A stretch of DNA of 63,494 bases, the filler included, from Dugesia japonica (lineage: Eukaryota): assembly GCA_001938525.1 (NCBI GenBank). It is 6 parts of 6 records of this genome, joined end to end, with 100 filler letters (N's around TTAATTAATTAA, not from the genome) between each part and the next. Parts side by side here need not be neighbours in the genome. Positions count along the whole stretch, not along the records: positions 40,798 to 54,606 come from MQRL01495362.1; positions 54,707 to 63,494 come from MQRL01539636.1; 4 more parts are not named here. One strand, written 5' to 3'. The notes under the pieces are model-generated. The model saw only the letters and a list, made by a program, of their open reading frames with translations, ran no database searches and had not been told where the DNA came from. Shown here in pieces: positions 50,437-62,545 of the stretch (positions are counted from its first letter, which is position 1; the number at the start of each line of letters is the position of its first letter). A program made the translations under genes and the position numbers.

Positions 50437-53400
50437 TGTTAGTTACATATAAACTTTCTGAAAACTCCATTAAACTCAATAAAATTTTATTTATAAAATG
50501 AAATTTCAAATCTTCAAATCTTCAAAAACCATTTTTTAAAAGCTGAATATTTAAACAAAGTTTTAAATATTTAAAAAAATTCTTGAAATTTTTTTTTTAA
50601 CATTTTCTTCCTCAAACTTTAAATTGCGATGGTCAATTTTTAATCCTTACATCCCCCTCGATTAAAAGAATTTTCTAAGCTTTTATACGTTTTTTTCTAG
50701 CTCTTTTCCATTTGCATTTCGTATACGATATCTTCTCACGTGTATCTTCTCCCTGATCTTGTATGCGCCAGCGTATCTTTCATTGTTCTTTGTTCTAGTT
50801 TCTAGTTTTATCAAAACTTCGTCTCCCACTTGGAATTGTCTTTTTGTAGGTGTTTTTTCCATCGACTATTTTTCATCTCTTTGGCTGTCAAACCATTGTT
50901 CTCTGTGAATTGTCCTATCGAATATTAATTCTGATATCCCCAATGTCTTTTGCCTTGTTGTATTTATCATGTATTCGATCTATGTAATTCTGTTACTCCA
51001 ATCTTTTCTATTATCTTCGTATGTGGCTGCGTAAATACAGTCTCTGATTGTGCGGAATTGTCTTTCTATAATTCCATTTGTATTGTGATGGTATGGACTT
51101 GAAAAATGTATTTCTATATTCATCGATTCCATCAGATTCTTTAGGTTTTTCGATTCAAATGTTTTATCATTGTCCACAAAAACTTCTCTCGTGCTCCAAA
51201 TATCAAGATCCATTTCTTATTATCACATTTTAATCGTCTCATCATCTTGCTTGTTGATTGCCGTAAGGCTTACATATTGACTGTATTGGTCTATTATTCC
51301 ACGTATATATCTTTGCCTGTTCACAGTCTCTCGAAAAGGCCCACAAATATCTATGCGTATCTTTTCAAATGAAACATTTCCGCTTAACTTTACTGTTGTT
51401 TCTTTTGTTGCCACAATATTAACTTTGTTTTTTTGCACGCTTCACACTGTCTTATCACTTCTGTGATTGTTTTCTTCATTTCTTTCATGTCATAGTTTCT
51501 GACTATGTAGCTGATCATTTTCTCTGTTCTTGCATGTATTAACAATGTATGTATCTCTTTGATCATAGATATTCTTTTCTCTTTTGGAATCCAAATTTTC
51601 CCATCACTTGTTTTTACTATTTTACTTTCGACTCAACACTTTGAATCCTTTACTTCTTGAATATCTTGTTTTATTAGTTTGATTTCCACTATTTCCTCTC
51701 GCCATTTGCCATTTACATCTCTCTATCTTTATCATCTGATTTATCTGTCTTGTTTTCATCTTACCCATCTTTGGATCTTCATGTTGCATTTGACATTGAG
51801 TGCACAATCTGCATTTCATTCTTGAGAGCATATATGCGTTTGCATGTTTCTCTCTTTGTCTATATATTAGTTCCATGTCTAAGCTGCCATTTCGTAACTG
51901 CATTTAGTTTCCTGAAGTCCAAGCAAGGTCTCACATCCTTTCTTTCTTTCTTCCAAACGCATATCAGTGGTGTGTTCCACTGCAAATTACATTTTCTTAA
52001 AATATTAGCGTCCACTAAATTTTTTTAGCCGTATCTTTTTTTCTTCTAGATTCATGAGTTGTCTCCAAGGCTTCGTATTTATTGGATTTCCTTTTGTCAC
52101 TATCTTGTGTTCTACCAACGTTGTGCATCCGACATCTCAGTTATCTGCCATGAATACTCAGACTCATTTTTTCAACTACGGTGAACTGTACTGCTTATTT
52201 CCTGTTTCCGATCTCGACTTCTACATATATCTTGCCCACAATGTTCATTCTGCTATTATTTGCATATTCTAACACGTCATCAGCTCCAAATTTGTCAGAC
52301 TTCTAAAAATATTTAGGCTAGTTACATTTATCTTTGCACCTGTGTTCAAAAGGCAGTTTATATATCTTCCTGAAATTCTAACTTCCACACTGGGCCTACC
52401 TTGCATTCTATCATAATTTATTTGTACTTGTTCATTCTCTTTTAATACCCTTATTTTGTTATCAGCATTTCTCGTTTCTTTCATTATCTTGATACCTGTA
52501 TTATACATATCTGTGTAATCTTTCTTTAACAACGCATAAACTTTTTTGTCTACTCTTTCCTCTTTACTTTCATCTTTTATCGTTTTAATTAAACTACTTT
52601 TACTTTATCGCGATATGGATTGTTTTTCAGTTCATTGGCCCATTTATTTCCACTTTGGATGAAGCTTGTCTGTTTGGGGTCTCTTCTCTATAGCTGTTTA
52701 TCTCCTCATAGTAATAATAAATAATTTCTCCTCTCTTGATGTACTCCTGATTCTCCTCTACCATTGCGTTTATATATCTATTGCCGTCTCTTTTCCTGAA
52801 TCCATTATTGGCTGATGTTTTTCCACTTTGTTTTGAGAATCTGTTATTATCGTCATATCTTCTGTTTGTTTCCTCTCTTTGTCTGTATAGTGCTGTTTCG
52901 TTTTTTTGTTCGTTATTCTGCTGTCTTTTCTCATTAGTCCACACATTTCATTTCTCCAAAAACATTGTTCTGCATGATGTCCATTTTTTCCACATCTTGA
53001 ACATCTAATTTTGTCACAATTTCTTCTTATATAATTCTCTGATCCGCATGCTTAACACATTCTTTTCTTTTCCGGACAACTTCTGCTGATATGATCTATC
53101 TTCCGACATGACCAATATGTAATTTCTTTTTTAGCTTCGTTGTCTAGTTTGTGTGCAAAAATTTTATCGATCTGTGTTAAAATATTTTTCTTGTGCACAT
53201 AAACGTGTTTATCCGTTTTGTTGTACTTTAAAGCTTCCTCCAAGTCTTATATTAGAGTAGTCTTTTTGTGGAACGCTTTCTTCAGTTGGTCCTCAAAATC
53301 TAATAATTCATCTTGACATTCATATACTTCTCTTAATTCTCGATCAATTAATCCAACCACTAAGAGGTTTTATCCTTTTCTTTACACCAATACATTCAAA

Positions 53401-53450
53401 GTATTTGGTGCAACCATTGATAAACTGTTCAAGCAACTTCCTGATTTTTA
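50437..53450 (-). mobile_element. Internally deleted Ty3/gypsy element (gag, protease, partial RT, integrase, PPT, 3' LTR 50651-50437)
   Basis: Gag knuckles WSCRKIDHISRSC and CSRCGKNGHHAEQC; protease RPSVEVRISGRYINCLLNTGA; RT start WNTPLICVWKK..DVRPCLDFRKLN, then a deletion; integrase FEKIRIDICGPF, VDNDKTFES, SSPYHHNTNGIIERQFRTI. PPT GAGGGGGA, then an LTR TGTAAG...CTAACA. Confidence 0.92.
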
Positions 53451-53803
53451 CTTCTTCAATATAAATGAGGAAGTGAAACGGAAGCTTATTTTGCAGGATT
53501 ATAGTCAACGTGTTTTTAGAAGTATTAAAATCTTAAGTGTCTTATGTTGAATAAAATAAAGATTTCGTATTTTTTTATTGTTCTTTTTTAAATAGCTTAG
53601 AAACGTTTCTAACAGCTTGGTAGAATCATATTATTTGTTGATAAGGCCTAACAGACTTATAAAAATATAAGATATATACTAAATCAAACTGAAATCAAAA
53701 TAATAATAAATTCTTAATCTCCATGTAATATTTACTATTTATTTCAGATGTTATTTGAACAAGAAAGTCGAAAAGAACATTAGACACCACCATCTATGAC
53801 GTA

Positions 53804-54540
53804 TGTGAGGGATTTTGAAACGGGTTGAAATTTTTGTGCTTTGATTGGAAATTATTTTTTTAAAAACTCTTATTTAAAAATTGGAAGTCACAAATTAATC
53901 AAGAAATTAAAATAAATTAAATTAAAGTTTTGATACGAAAATTATGTGTAGTTAAAGATTAATCCAAAAATTTTTTATACACAAATATTTTAATTTTCAA
54001 ATTTTTATAATTAAAAATTAAATATTTATATCGCGAATAATGTTTTGTTTCAGTATTTTTATAAAATAAAAATTAAATATTTAAGCAATTTTTTATTTTA
54101 AAATTTTGTGAAAGTTTTAAATGAAATTTCGATAACAGGTAATTATTTTCTTAAATTTTCGAAGTATTTTAAATAAAGTTTTATTTTAAAATTTTAAATT
54201 TATTAGAAAATAATTTCCAATTGAAGCATAGGTTTTAAATTGTTTAATTAAATAAATAATGATGTTATAGTTTTATTTTGAAATAAATTTTATGGAGTTG
54301 AATTTTGATGTTGATAATCCGAGTTCTCAAAGCTCATCTAACATGGTGGCAGCGGTAAACACCGATGCGATCACAGAAAGATTGTTACCAAAAATATTTG
54401 TCAGAAGCGATGGTCTAGAAAAGTTTATTAAATGGTGTGAAGTATACTTTGAGGCAAAGAACATCGTTGTTAAGAAAGATCAGGAACGTTGGGTAACATG
54501 TATGCTTCATGAAGATTTAATGGAAGCATATGTAAATACT
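53804..54540 (+). mobile_element. gag: 5' end of a gypsy element: LTR (~53804-54343), tRNA-Leu-type PBS and gag N-terminus
   Basis: LTR end CTAACA is followed directly by TGGTGGCAGCGGT; ORF MELNFDV...MVAAV...LEKFIKWCEVYFEAKNI. Homologous to the inverted copy at 61815-62545. Confidence 0.8.
54344..54356 (+). promoter_or_regulatory. Primer-binding site, complementary to the 3' end of tRNA-Leu
   Basis: TGGTGGCAGCGGT is the reverse complement of ACCGCUGCCACCA; identical in the second copy at 62033-62045 (-). Confidence 0.75.
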
Positions 54541-54606
54541 GTAAGTAGTTTCCTCAGAATCTTTTATTTTGTTATTCGTTTCCATAAAAATGAACACTTG
54601 AGTTGT

Positions 54607-54706
54607 NNNNNNNNNNNNNNNNNNNNNNNNNNNNNNNNNNNNNNNNNNNNTTAATTAATTAANNNNNNNNNNNNNNNNNNNNNNNNNNNNNNNNNNNNNN
54701 NNNNNN
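54607..54706. other. Artificial contig linker
   Basis: 44 N + TTAATTAATTAA + 44 N. Confidence 0.95.
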
Positions 54707-56329
54707 TATATATATATATATATATATTTGTATTTTTTTTGAATTTCAATAAAAATTACAATCTTTTTGTTAGTAGAAGATTGTTTTAAAATACTCTTGA
54801 AATATAAACATTATTTTTTGGGTTTTAGTAGAAGAAATCGGGTATTTACGAAATTTCATAACTTTATATTACAAATCCTTGTCCGAAAAATGAATATAAA
54901 TGAAGGTAAAATAAAGGAAAAAAGAATATATCATTAACAAATATTATAAATAATATTAGTAAAATCATGCAAAAGTCAATTATAAAAAAGCTAAATACTG
55001 ATATATAGTGGTGATATAAAATAAATAGATAAAACATTATAATGGAATAAAGAATATAATAAAGATCATACTTAATATTTTTACTAATACAAAATTTGAA
55101 ATTAATATATGATCTTTTAAAATGACNNNNNNNNNNNNNNNNNNNNNNNNNNNNNNNNNNNNNNNNNNNNNNNNNNNNNNNNNNNNNNNNNNNNNNNNNN
55201 NNNNNNNNNNNNNNNNNNNNNNNNNNNNNNNNNNNNNNNNNNNNNNNNNNNNNNNNNNNNNNNNNNNNNNNNNNNNNNNNNNNNNNNNNNNNNNNNNNNN
55301 NNNNNNNNNNNNNNNNNNNNNNNNNNNNNNNNNNNNNNNNNNNNNNNNNNNNNNNNNNNNNNNNNNNNNNNNNNNNNNNNNNNNTGTCTTTTTATATTGA
55401 AAGTTCACCAATTCTAAAATTAATTATGCAAAATAGTTTTACAAGAAATATAAGTTGTTCTATTATAAATGATTATCAAAATATTACCAATGAAAATTAT
55501 ATTGCGCTGTAATAAAAGATTATAAATAAAGTAAACAAACAAAATTGAAGAAACACAAAATAAAATTCTAATATTATTTTATTACGGATCTTGGTGAATC
55601 AATCTTTTGAAGTACTCTAAGTCATTAGACCTTATCAGCAAATACTACATATATTTTGTACCACTTATGAAACTTTAAGACCTCGAATAAAAATTGATGT
55701 TTTAAATGTTATTTTGTTATCTACTTGCTATTGGATTTCTAAAAGCTCTAAGATTTCAATAAAATCTTATGACAATTTAAAGAGTTACTTAGGTTTTGTA
55801 GAATACTAAAGGAATTTAAAACAAATTTTATTTTTCAATAATAGAAATGATGTGGTTAAACAAGCTAAAATTTACAATAAAAAAATAAAATCACGGAAAA
55901 TTATGTTATACATAATATCTTCTTTCAAATATACAGATATCATTTTAATACAGATATAATTTACATAGAACAATAATCTCTTTAGGTAGAAAAAAAGAAA
56001 TAAAGAAAACTAAATAAAATATTTTCATTTTTTGTGTTTACCAAAGGATTTATATTATTAAATATTAAATTTCATGAATTCCTTGAATAAGATTATTCTA
56101 TTACTTAAAAACTTCAGTTTTAGTATGAAAACATTTCTTTTAAATAGATTCACAATAAAGATAGTAACGATAACGAAATAACAAATAAACAAAAATAAAT
56201 CCTCAACAAGTCCGCACTTTATGAATGTAGATGCCTTTGATTGTTCTGAAAAATTGGCATTTTCTTTAATAAGTCAATATATAATTATATTATTAAATTA
56301 TTTATCTGCTTATTAAGTTNAACAGAAAC

Positions 56330-57510
56330 TTCTTGAAACTATTTTGTGTTTGATTAGTTGAGTTCTGCCCAGTTCTCATTTGTCTGCCATGAATACATTA
56401 TATTTTATTCTGCTTATCTATTTTAAATGATTGTTACTTACTCATTTTATATTATTACTCCCGCCTACCTCCAAATTACAAATAAAAGTTTCCCTTCGCT
56501 CTTTTGTCGACCTTTATGATTTTGGCTGAACTGAAATTAAAAAATATTCAAAAGTTTAATTTCCTAAATCATATTTGCCAGTACTCAACTTCCCATTATG
56601 AAAGCCATTTGATCGATCCTCTCACACACCGCGACATTCAACTTCACTTTCCTTATTCGTTTACAACACGTTATCGTTTGCATAGTATAATTTCAAAGCA
56701 CATTCCTTTTACTGTTTACTAATTAATATTTTCTAAGCTCAACACATTAGTTCTAGCTCCCGTATCCAACAGACAGTGCATCCCCTTTCCTTCAACTTGA
56801 ACACAAATACTAAGTCTAGTCTCAAATCTATTATATTCAATGCCCACTTGTCGAAATATATCAAACCTATTTATTGACTTTGCATTAACCTCCTCTACAA
56901 ATGAGTCTGAGCATATAAATCTAAATCCTTTCTTTCGTACACCATTCAAATTCTCCCACCGCTCTATACTTTAAGGATATTTGGTTAAACTATCTTTAAA
57001 TATATACATTCCACTAAGTCCCATACTATCGGAGCCCTTACATTTGGAAATCTAGTGTTTCCTCCCACACTGTTTTTTTCAGCTTTCTCTTGTTGACTTA
57101 ACCTCTCTTCTAGAGCACTCAATTGCTTATATCTACCGCCTTTATCTATTATATTATTATTTCTTCATTTTTGTCTTTGTTAACATAATCATTCCTTTTT
57201 AGATCCTTATAATATTTTCTATAATTTGCAAAACAGTTATTTATTTCTTGACATTCCCTAATGATATTAACTCTCAAACCGCACCGAAAACACTGAATTC
57301 GCTCTCTACCTAGACACTTCCTGCTGATATGTCCCTCTCGTTCACACTTTCAACTTCTTATCCTTGAATTTGAAGTACATAACCGTTACAAATTACCTTC
57401 TTTATTACAACCCCAAAAAACTAATTTATGTCTCTGCTCTATGTCCGTCGTTATTATTCCGTCGTTCCAATCATAATTTCAGTTCTTTGTGCATTCTATT
57501 TGATTTCAAT
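56330..57510 (-). mobile_element. Decayed gypsy gag-protease fragment related to the 50-53 kb element
   Basis: Knuckle KCEREGHISRKC; protease RLSICVQVEGKGMHCLLDTGARTNV; remnants of the RT start. Confidence 0.75.
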
Positions 57511-57864
57511 CAGACGAATCTTTATATGATTAGACAAGATTATATCTATCATAGCTCGTTCACCAATCACAATCATAGTCGAAGCATTCATATAGGTGTA
57601 AGTGGTGTAATAGTAGTAAGTGGTGGAATTGTTGGTAAAGTTGACTTAGTTAGATTAATTGCCCCAGAGATTAAACTGAGAAGAACAGTTCTTACACTTT
57701 TGATAATAGCGATAATACTTGTTTTTATTGTTATTATTTTATTGCAAAAATGTAAATAAAATTAAAAATTTTAAACATCACAGTAAGAAAGTTTTAAAAT
57801 TTATTTTAGAAAAACTTTCAATAAATTCAATGAAAATTTAACATTTTCAAACAAGTTTGAATAT

Positions 57865-58080
57865 ATTTCATTAAAATAAGATAAGGCTTCGATAAAAAAT
57901 TGTTTTGATCGAAGCCTTATCTTATTTTAATGAAATCTCAAATCCGATCAATGGTTAAGTCCAACAANNNNNNNNNNNNNNNNNNNNNNNNNNNNNNNNN
58001 NNNNNNNNNNNNNNNNNTGAAATCTCAAATCCGATCAATGGTTAAGTCCAACAATTATTCTCACAATAATTGTAATTATA
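57865..58080. repeat. Fold-back family: perfect 29-bp inverted arms with a 14-nt spacer
   Basis: atttcattaaaataagataaggcttcgat (57865-57893) / atcgaagccttatcttattttaatgaaat (57908-57936), followed by the family tail. Confidence 0.8.
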
Positions 58081-59399
58081 AAATTGAATATATTTATTGA
58101 AAAATATTATTGTTTACTTAATAAATTTGATTTCAGATGAATTTGTCAGAATTAATAATTTCATTATCAAATAAAAGTTTAACAAAAACTCGTTCTTTTC
58201 AAATTTAATTTTTTCTCCAAATAAATTGATCTCATTTTAATTGTCGATATATTTTTCCAGCGGAAATTTTATTAATCTTATCTCGAATTACTTCTAAATT
58301 TGATGAGAAATAAAATTTAATTGCAACTTTCTTAAATTAAATGAGTCACTTTGGCAATTTATTTTTTTAAAAATTTTTTTTTCAATTATACAAAAAATTT
58401 CAATGCTTCTTTTTTTTAGTGTGAAATCATTAACTTTTAAAATTTTTTGTGGGAATTATTTTTTTCTTATTAATTATTAAAAGAAAATCTTTAGGGGAAA
58501 AATTGTTTTAAAAAATTTATATTTTAAATATTTAATATTTTTATTGTGAGGATTTGTATGAAGGATTATTTTTAATTTTTTAAAGATGATTGTTTTTAAA
58601 AATTTATTTTAAGAACAAACTAAATTTAATTTGTAAACTTAGATTGTTTAAATATTGATAATTCTGTTAAGCAGATTTTGAAATTTAATTTATAAAGAAG
58701 ATAATCTTTGTAACGAGAATTCGATTTTACAATTTAATTGTTGGATTAATATTTTTTCAATAGTTCTCTTAAGAAAAAGATTATCAATTTTTTTGAATAA
58801 ACTGTTGGAAATAAATTTTTCGTCTTTTAATGAAATCGAACCTAAAGGTTATATTCAATGAATTTATAAATAAGTGAAAATTAGTGTTCGTATAATGATA
58901 ATCATCACCGATTGTCAGGCATACATATTTCTGACCGTAACATAATTTCTTTTAATAAAAAGTCGTTTGTAAAATAATATTTTTGCCAGGAGCGCAGAGA
59001 GCGAGGAGGCAGATGATCTATTATACTATTGGCGCCACTCACTTCAAGACAAACAAAATTTTATTAGTTTTAAGACAAGGGGTCGGAAAACGATTAAGTT
59101 TGAGAACCACTGCTATATAATATATTATAATATGATTTTCGGGGGTTGGGAAACACCAAAAAGATATTGTGACCTTAAAGTCAATTATGCTTGATACGCC
59201 ACTAATTTTTGCAAGTAATGTTTTCAAAAATCAAATACAACTAAATTCTGTAACTTAACAGAACTCCGCCAAAATTAAAATACAACTTGATGATAAAATA
59301 TTACAGTACAACAAATAAAAATTCTAGAATTATTTACCAATTACTAATTAAATGTTATTAATAAAAACAGGTATTTGAATATAATAATAGGTTTGNGAG

Positions 59400-59907
59400 A
59401 AAATTGTGGAGAAAAACAGATATGAAGGCTTTTACAAGATAGTAGAGAAGGTTCATGACAGGCAATATGAGTTAGTCTGTCAAGACGGGAAAAAACTCAA
59501 TGAATGTCGAAAAACTGAGAACATTCTTGAAAAGGGGGATGTGAAGAAATGTTTGATTCTTGATTTTTTAAAGTACATTTTATTTTTAAAAGTATGTAAT
59601 TAATTAAATCTGATCTATTTATTTTAGATTAAAGAAACGTTTATTTCAATATTATGTATGGCAGATATTTAAAAACGAGTTGTGAATTTTATATTTATTT
59701 TAGCAATTAAATTGTAATTGGTAAATAGCAATACGTGAGGTTGTAATTTTTAATTGTTTAGTAAATAAGAGTTTTTAAAAATTATTTTTGCTGAAAATTG
59801 TAATTTCTTTAAATATAGATGTATAATATTTTTAATTTTGTATTGTAGAATTTTATTATACTATTTATTTGTAAATCCAATTGTTTAAGAAATAAATGTT
59901 ATCTACA
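59400..59907 (+). mobile_element. Gypsy 3' end: integrase C-terminus, PPT and LTR (from 59540; right end approximate)
   Basis: RYEGFYKIVEKVHDRQYEL (GPY/F-like module), then aaaggggga followed by TGTGAAG. Confidence 0.7.
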
Positions 59908-61049
59908 AATAAAATATTCTAAATTTACAGTACGTAGGTCCAACCGCTAATAAGATTATTAAACACTTTGCGAAATTATTTAATATTAAAATGTTAAATA
60001 TATAATTACTTGCAATTAAATAAACTACAATTCTAAACTAGATTAATATACAAAAGAATATCTAGCTAATTCAAAGCGAATAAAATTTCCTCGCTTAAAA
60101 GTTTTCAAAAATTTCTATTAATTCAAATCTTACGCAATTTCTCTTAAAAATCATTAACGGGTATTACCGAATAATATGAGTCATACTAATTAAACATTAT
60201 GACTAAAAAATTAAATAATTAATCAGTTTGGTCAGACACACATACTATTTTTTAGAAGATTGAATCAAATAATAAGTACATATTTTATGGTCCTACTATT
60301 TGAGTTGATCATATTATTTGGTAATAATATTCTTAATTTATTCTAAATATTCTTAACATCGGTAATTAGCGAAATATTTTTTTCTCGTTATTGAAAATAT
60401 TAATTCTGTATTACCGTTGTCAATTTATTATTTATCATATTAACAACTTTTTTAATTAGGATATTGATTAATATGAATATATATTTTAAACAAAAATATA
60501 AATTATAATTAAATGTTTTGTCATGAAAACTAAATTTTATATTTAAATTTAATTGAATATATAATGTGTATGCAATTATTTTGGGGATTTTATAATTTTC
60601 TTTAAATCAAATTAGAAAAAGTGAATTCATTCAATTTAATATTTCAACTAGTCGTTATGACGAGTTTCCGCCAACTTTGACAAACGTTGTTAAAATTTTG
60701 ATTGATGAAGATTTATCAATCTATTTCCAAACTCAAGTCGAAAAACGAAAAAATTCAACTGAACAGTAGATATCTTCATAAAATCGAAAACATGTGAATG
60801 TTTATGTTGTAGAATCTCATTGGTTGTTAGAATTAATTCTTATAGAAATGTTGTTTAGGAGCTAAGAATGTCATAGAATATCTGACAAAAGAATTAAGTG
60901 AATTTCAATTTAAATCTTGAACATCATTAGTATTAAAGAAATTTTTTGCCTTAGTAGGTGTCACATTTGTCAGCGTTTTTTGTGGTTAAGTTTGATTAAA
61001 AAAAGAAATAGTTTTATTCATCAATTTTTGCCTAGTACATAAAATTTAT

Positions 61050-61700
61050 TTATGCAATTCGTTCAGTATGTAATATATCATACAAAACTAACTTTAGTAC
61101 TTAGTTTATGTTTCAAGTAGTTTCCGAAGTATTTTCCCATGTTCATTTAGTAAATGAAAATAATTCGGAAATCCGATTTTGTATTGTTCGACATTTGTAA
61201 CTATGTTTCAGATATTAAGATTATTTAAATAAATAGCATACATTATACAGATAGTTTTCGACTTCAAATTGATATTTAAAACGTTTTGATATGTACTATT
61301 ACCAAAAATAACAATTTAAATTGAACATTTTATAGGGAACAGTCAAATAAATATTTGTGGTGAAGAAATTTATTGTCCCATTTTCATCACAGGTAACTAT
61401 TCTATCAAGAAATTGGTGTAACTTATTTCTATCAAATAATCAACAAACCTGTCGTATATACTTCCAATAACACCAAATTTTTCAATAATTTCTTGAGTGG
61501 AAATGATAATCAATTTAGTAGTAGTAGTAGTAGTAGTATTAGTAATTTGAATCTTCTTTTATTTTCAAATTTTCCCATTGAAAGTTTCAATACAAAAAAA
61601 AGAATTCTTTTTTCAAAACAAGAAAAGATTTAATTGGTTTATATTTCCATCTAATTTCAAATGCATGCAATGTGTAAAAAGAAGAATGTTGATTCTATTA
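61050..61700 (-). mobile_element. Highly decayed mariner transposase fragment
   Basis: Minus strand RNKLHQFLDRIVTCDE(N) matches mariner FL.RIVT.DEKW; flanking similarity is weak. Confidence 0.5.
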
Positions 61701-61814
61701 TAATGATGTAGTTTCTACAAATTTGATCGATCAGATTGAAACTCTAATGAATTATAGATATTGTGAAAAACCACTTCATCAGAACATCAGAACTCGAATT
61801 CATTGTTTATTTAT

Positions 61815-62545
61815 TTATCTCTCTCTAAATAAGTCCATTTTCTTCAATGTTTTTACATATGCTTCCATTAAATCTTCATCAAGCATACATGTTATCAAAC
61901 GCCCTTGATCTTTATTAATAGTGATGTTATTTGCCTTAAAGTATATTTCACACCGTTTAATAAACTTCTCTAGATCATCGGCTCTGCAAAATATTTTTTG
62001 GCAACAATCTATCTGTGATTGCATCGGGGTTTACCGCTGCCACCATGTTAGATGGGTTTTGAGAACTCATCAGGTTTTCAACATCAAAACTAGAATTCAT
62101 TACAAGATTTATTAAAACAAAACTATGCTTAACACTATTTGTTTATTCAAAAAAATTAAAATCTCCTGTTTTCATTGGTGATCATTTTTTAAAATTTTAT
62201 TTATTAAAAATTTTACTTTATTATTCAATCGTAATTTTTTTAATTTAAAATCGAAACTTTTATTTATTTAAAATTGATTTAATTTACTTTATTAAAAAAC
62301 ATTTAATTTATTTATTTAAAATTGAAGACAAAATTTTCGTTCACTTTAAAAATTTCATTTATTAAAATATTTTACTTTATTTAATTAGCCAAATTTTCGT
62401 TTACTCAAAAATTTTAATTTATCATTAAATCAAATATTTGTTATTTAAATTTTTCATCAATAATTTAAATCTATCTTTTAAGCAAAAAATTTCAAAAATA
62501 TTATCACCAATCACACAAAAATTTCAACTCGCTTTTCAAAACATA
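61815..62545 (-). mobile_element. gag: Second copy of LTR + PBS + gag N-terminus
   Basis: LTR ~62545-62046 ending CTAACA; PBS 62045-62033; MNSSFDVENLMSSQNPSNMVAAVNPDAITDRLLPK, then a frameshift into IFCRADDLEKFIKRCEIYFKANNI. Confidence 0.8.
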
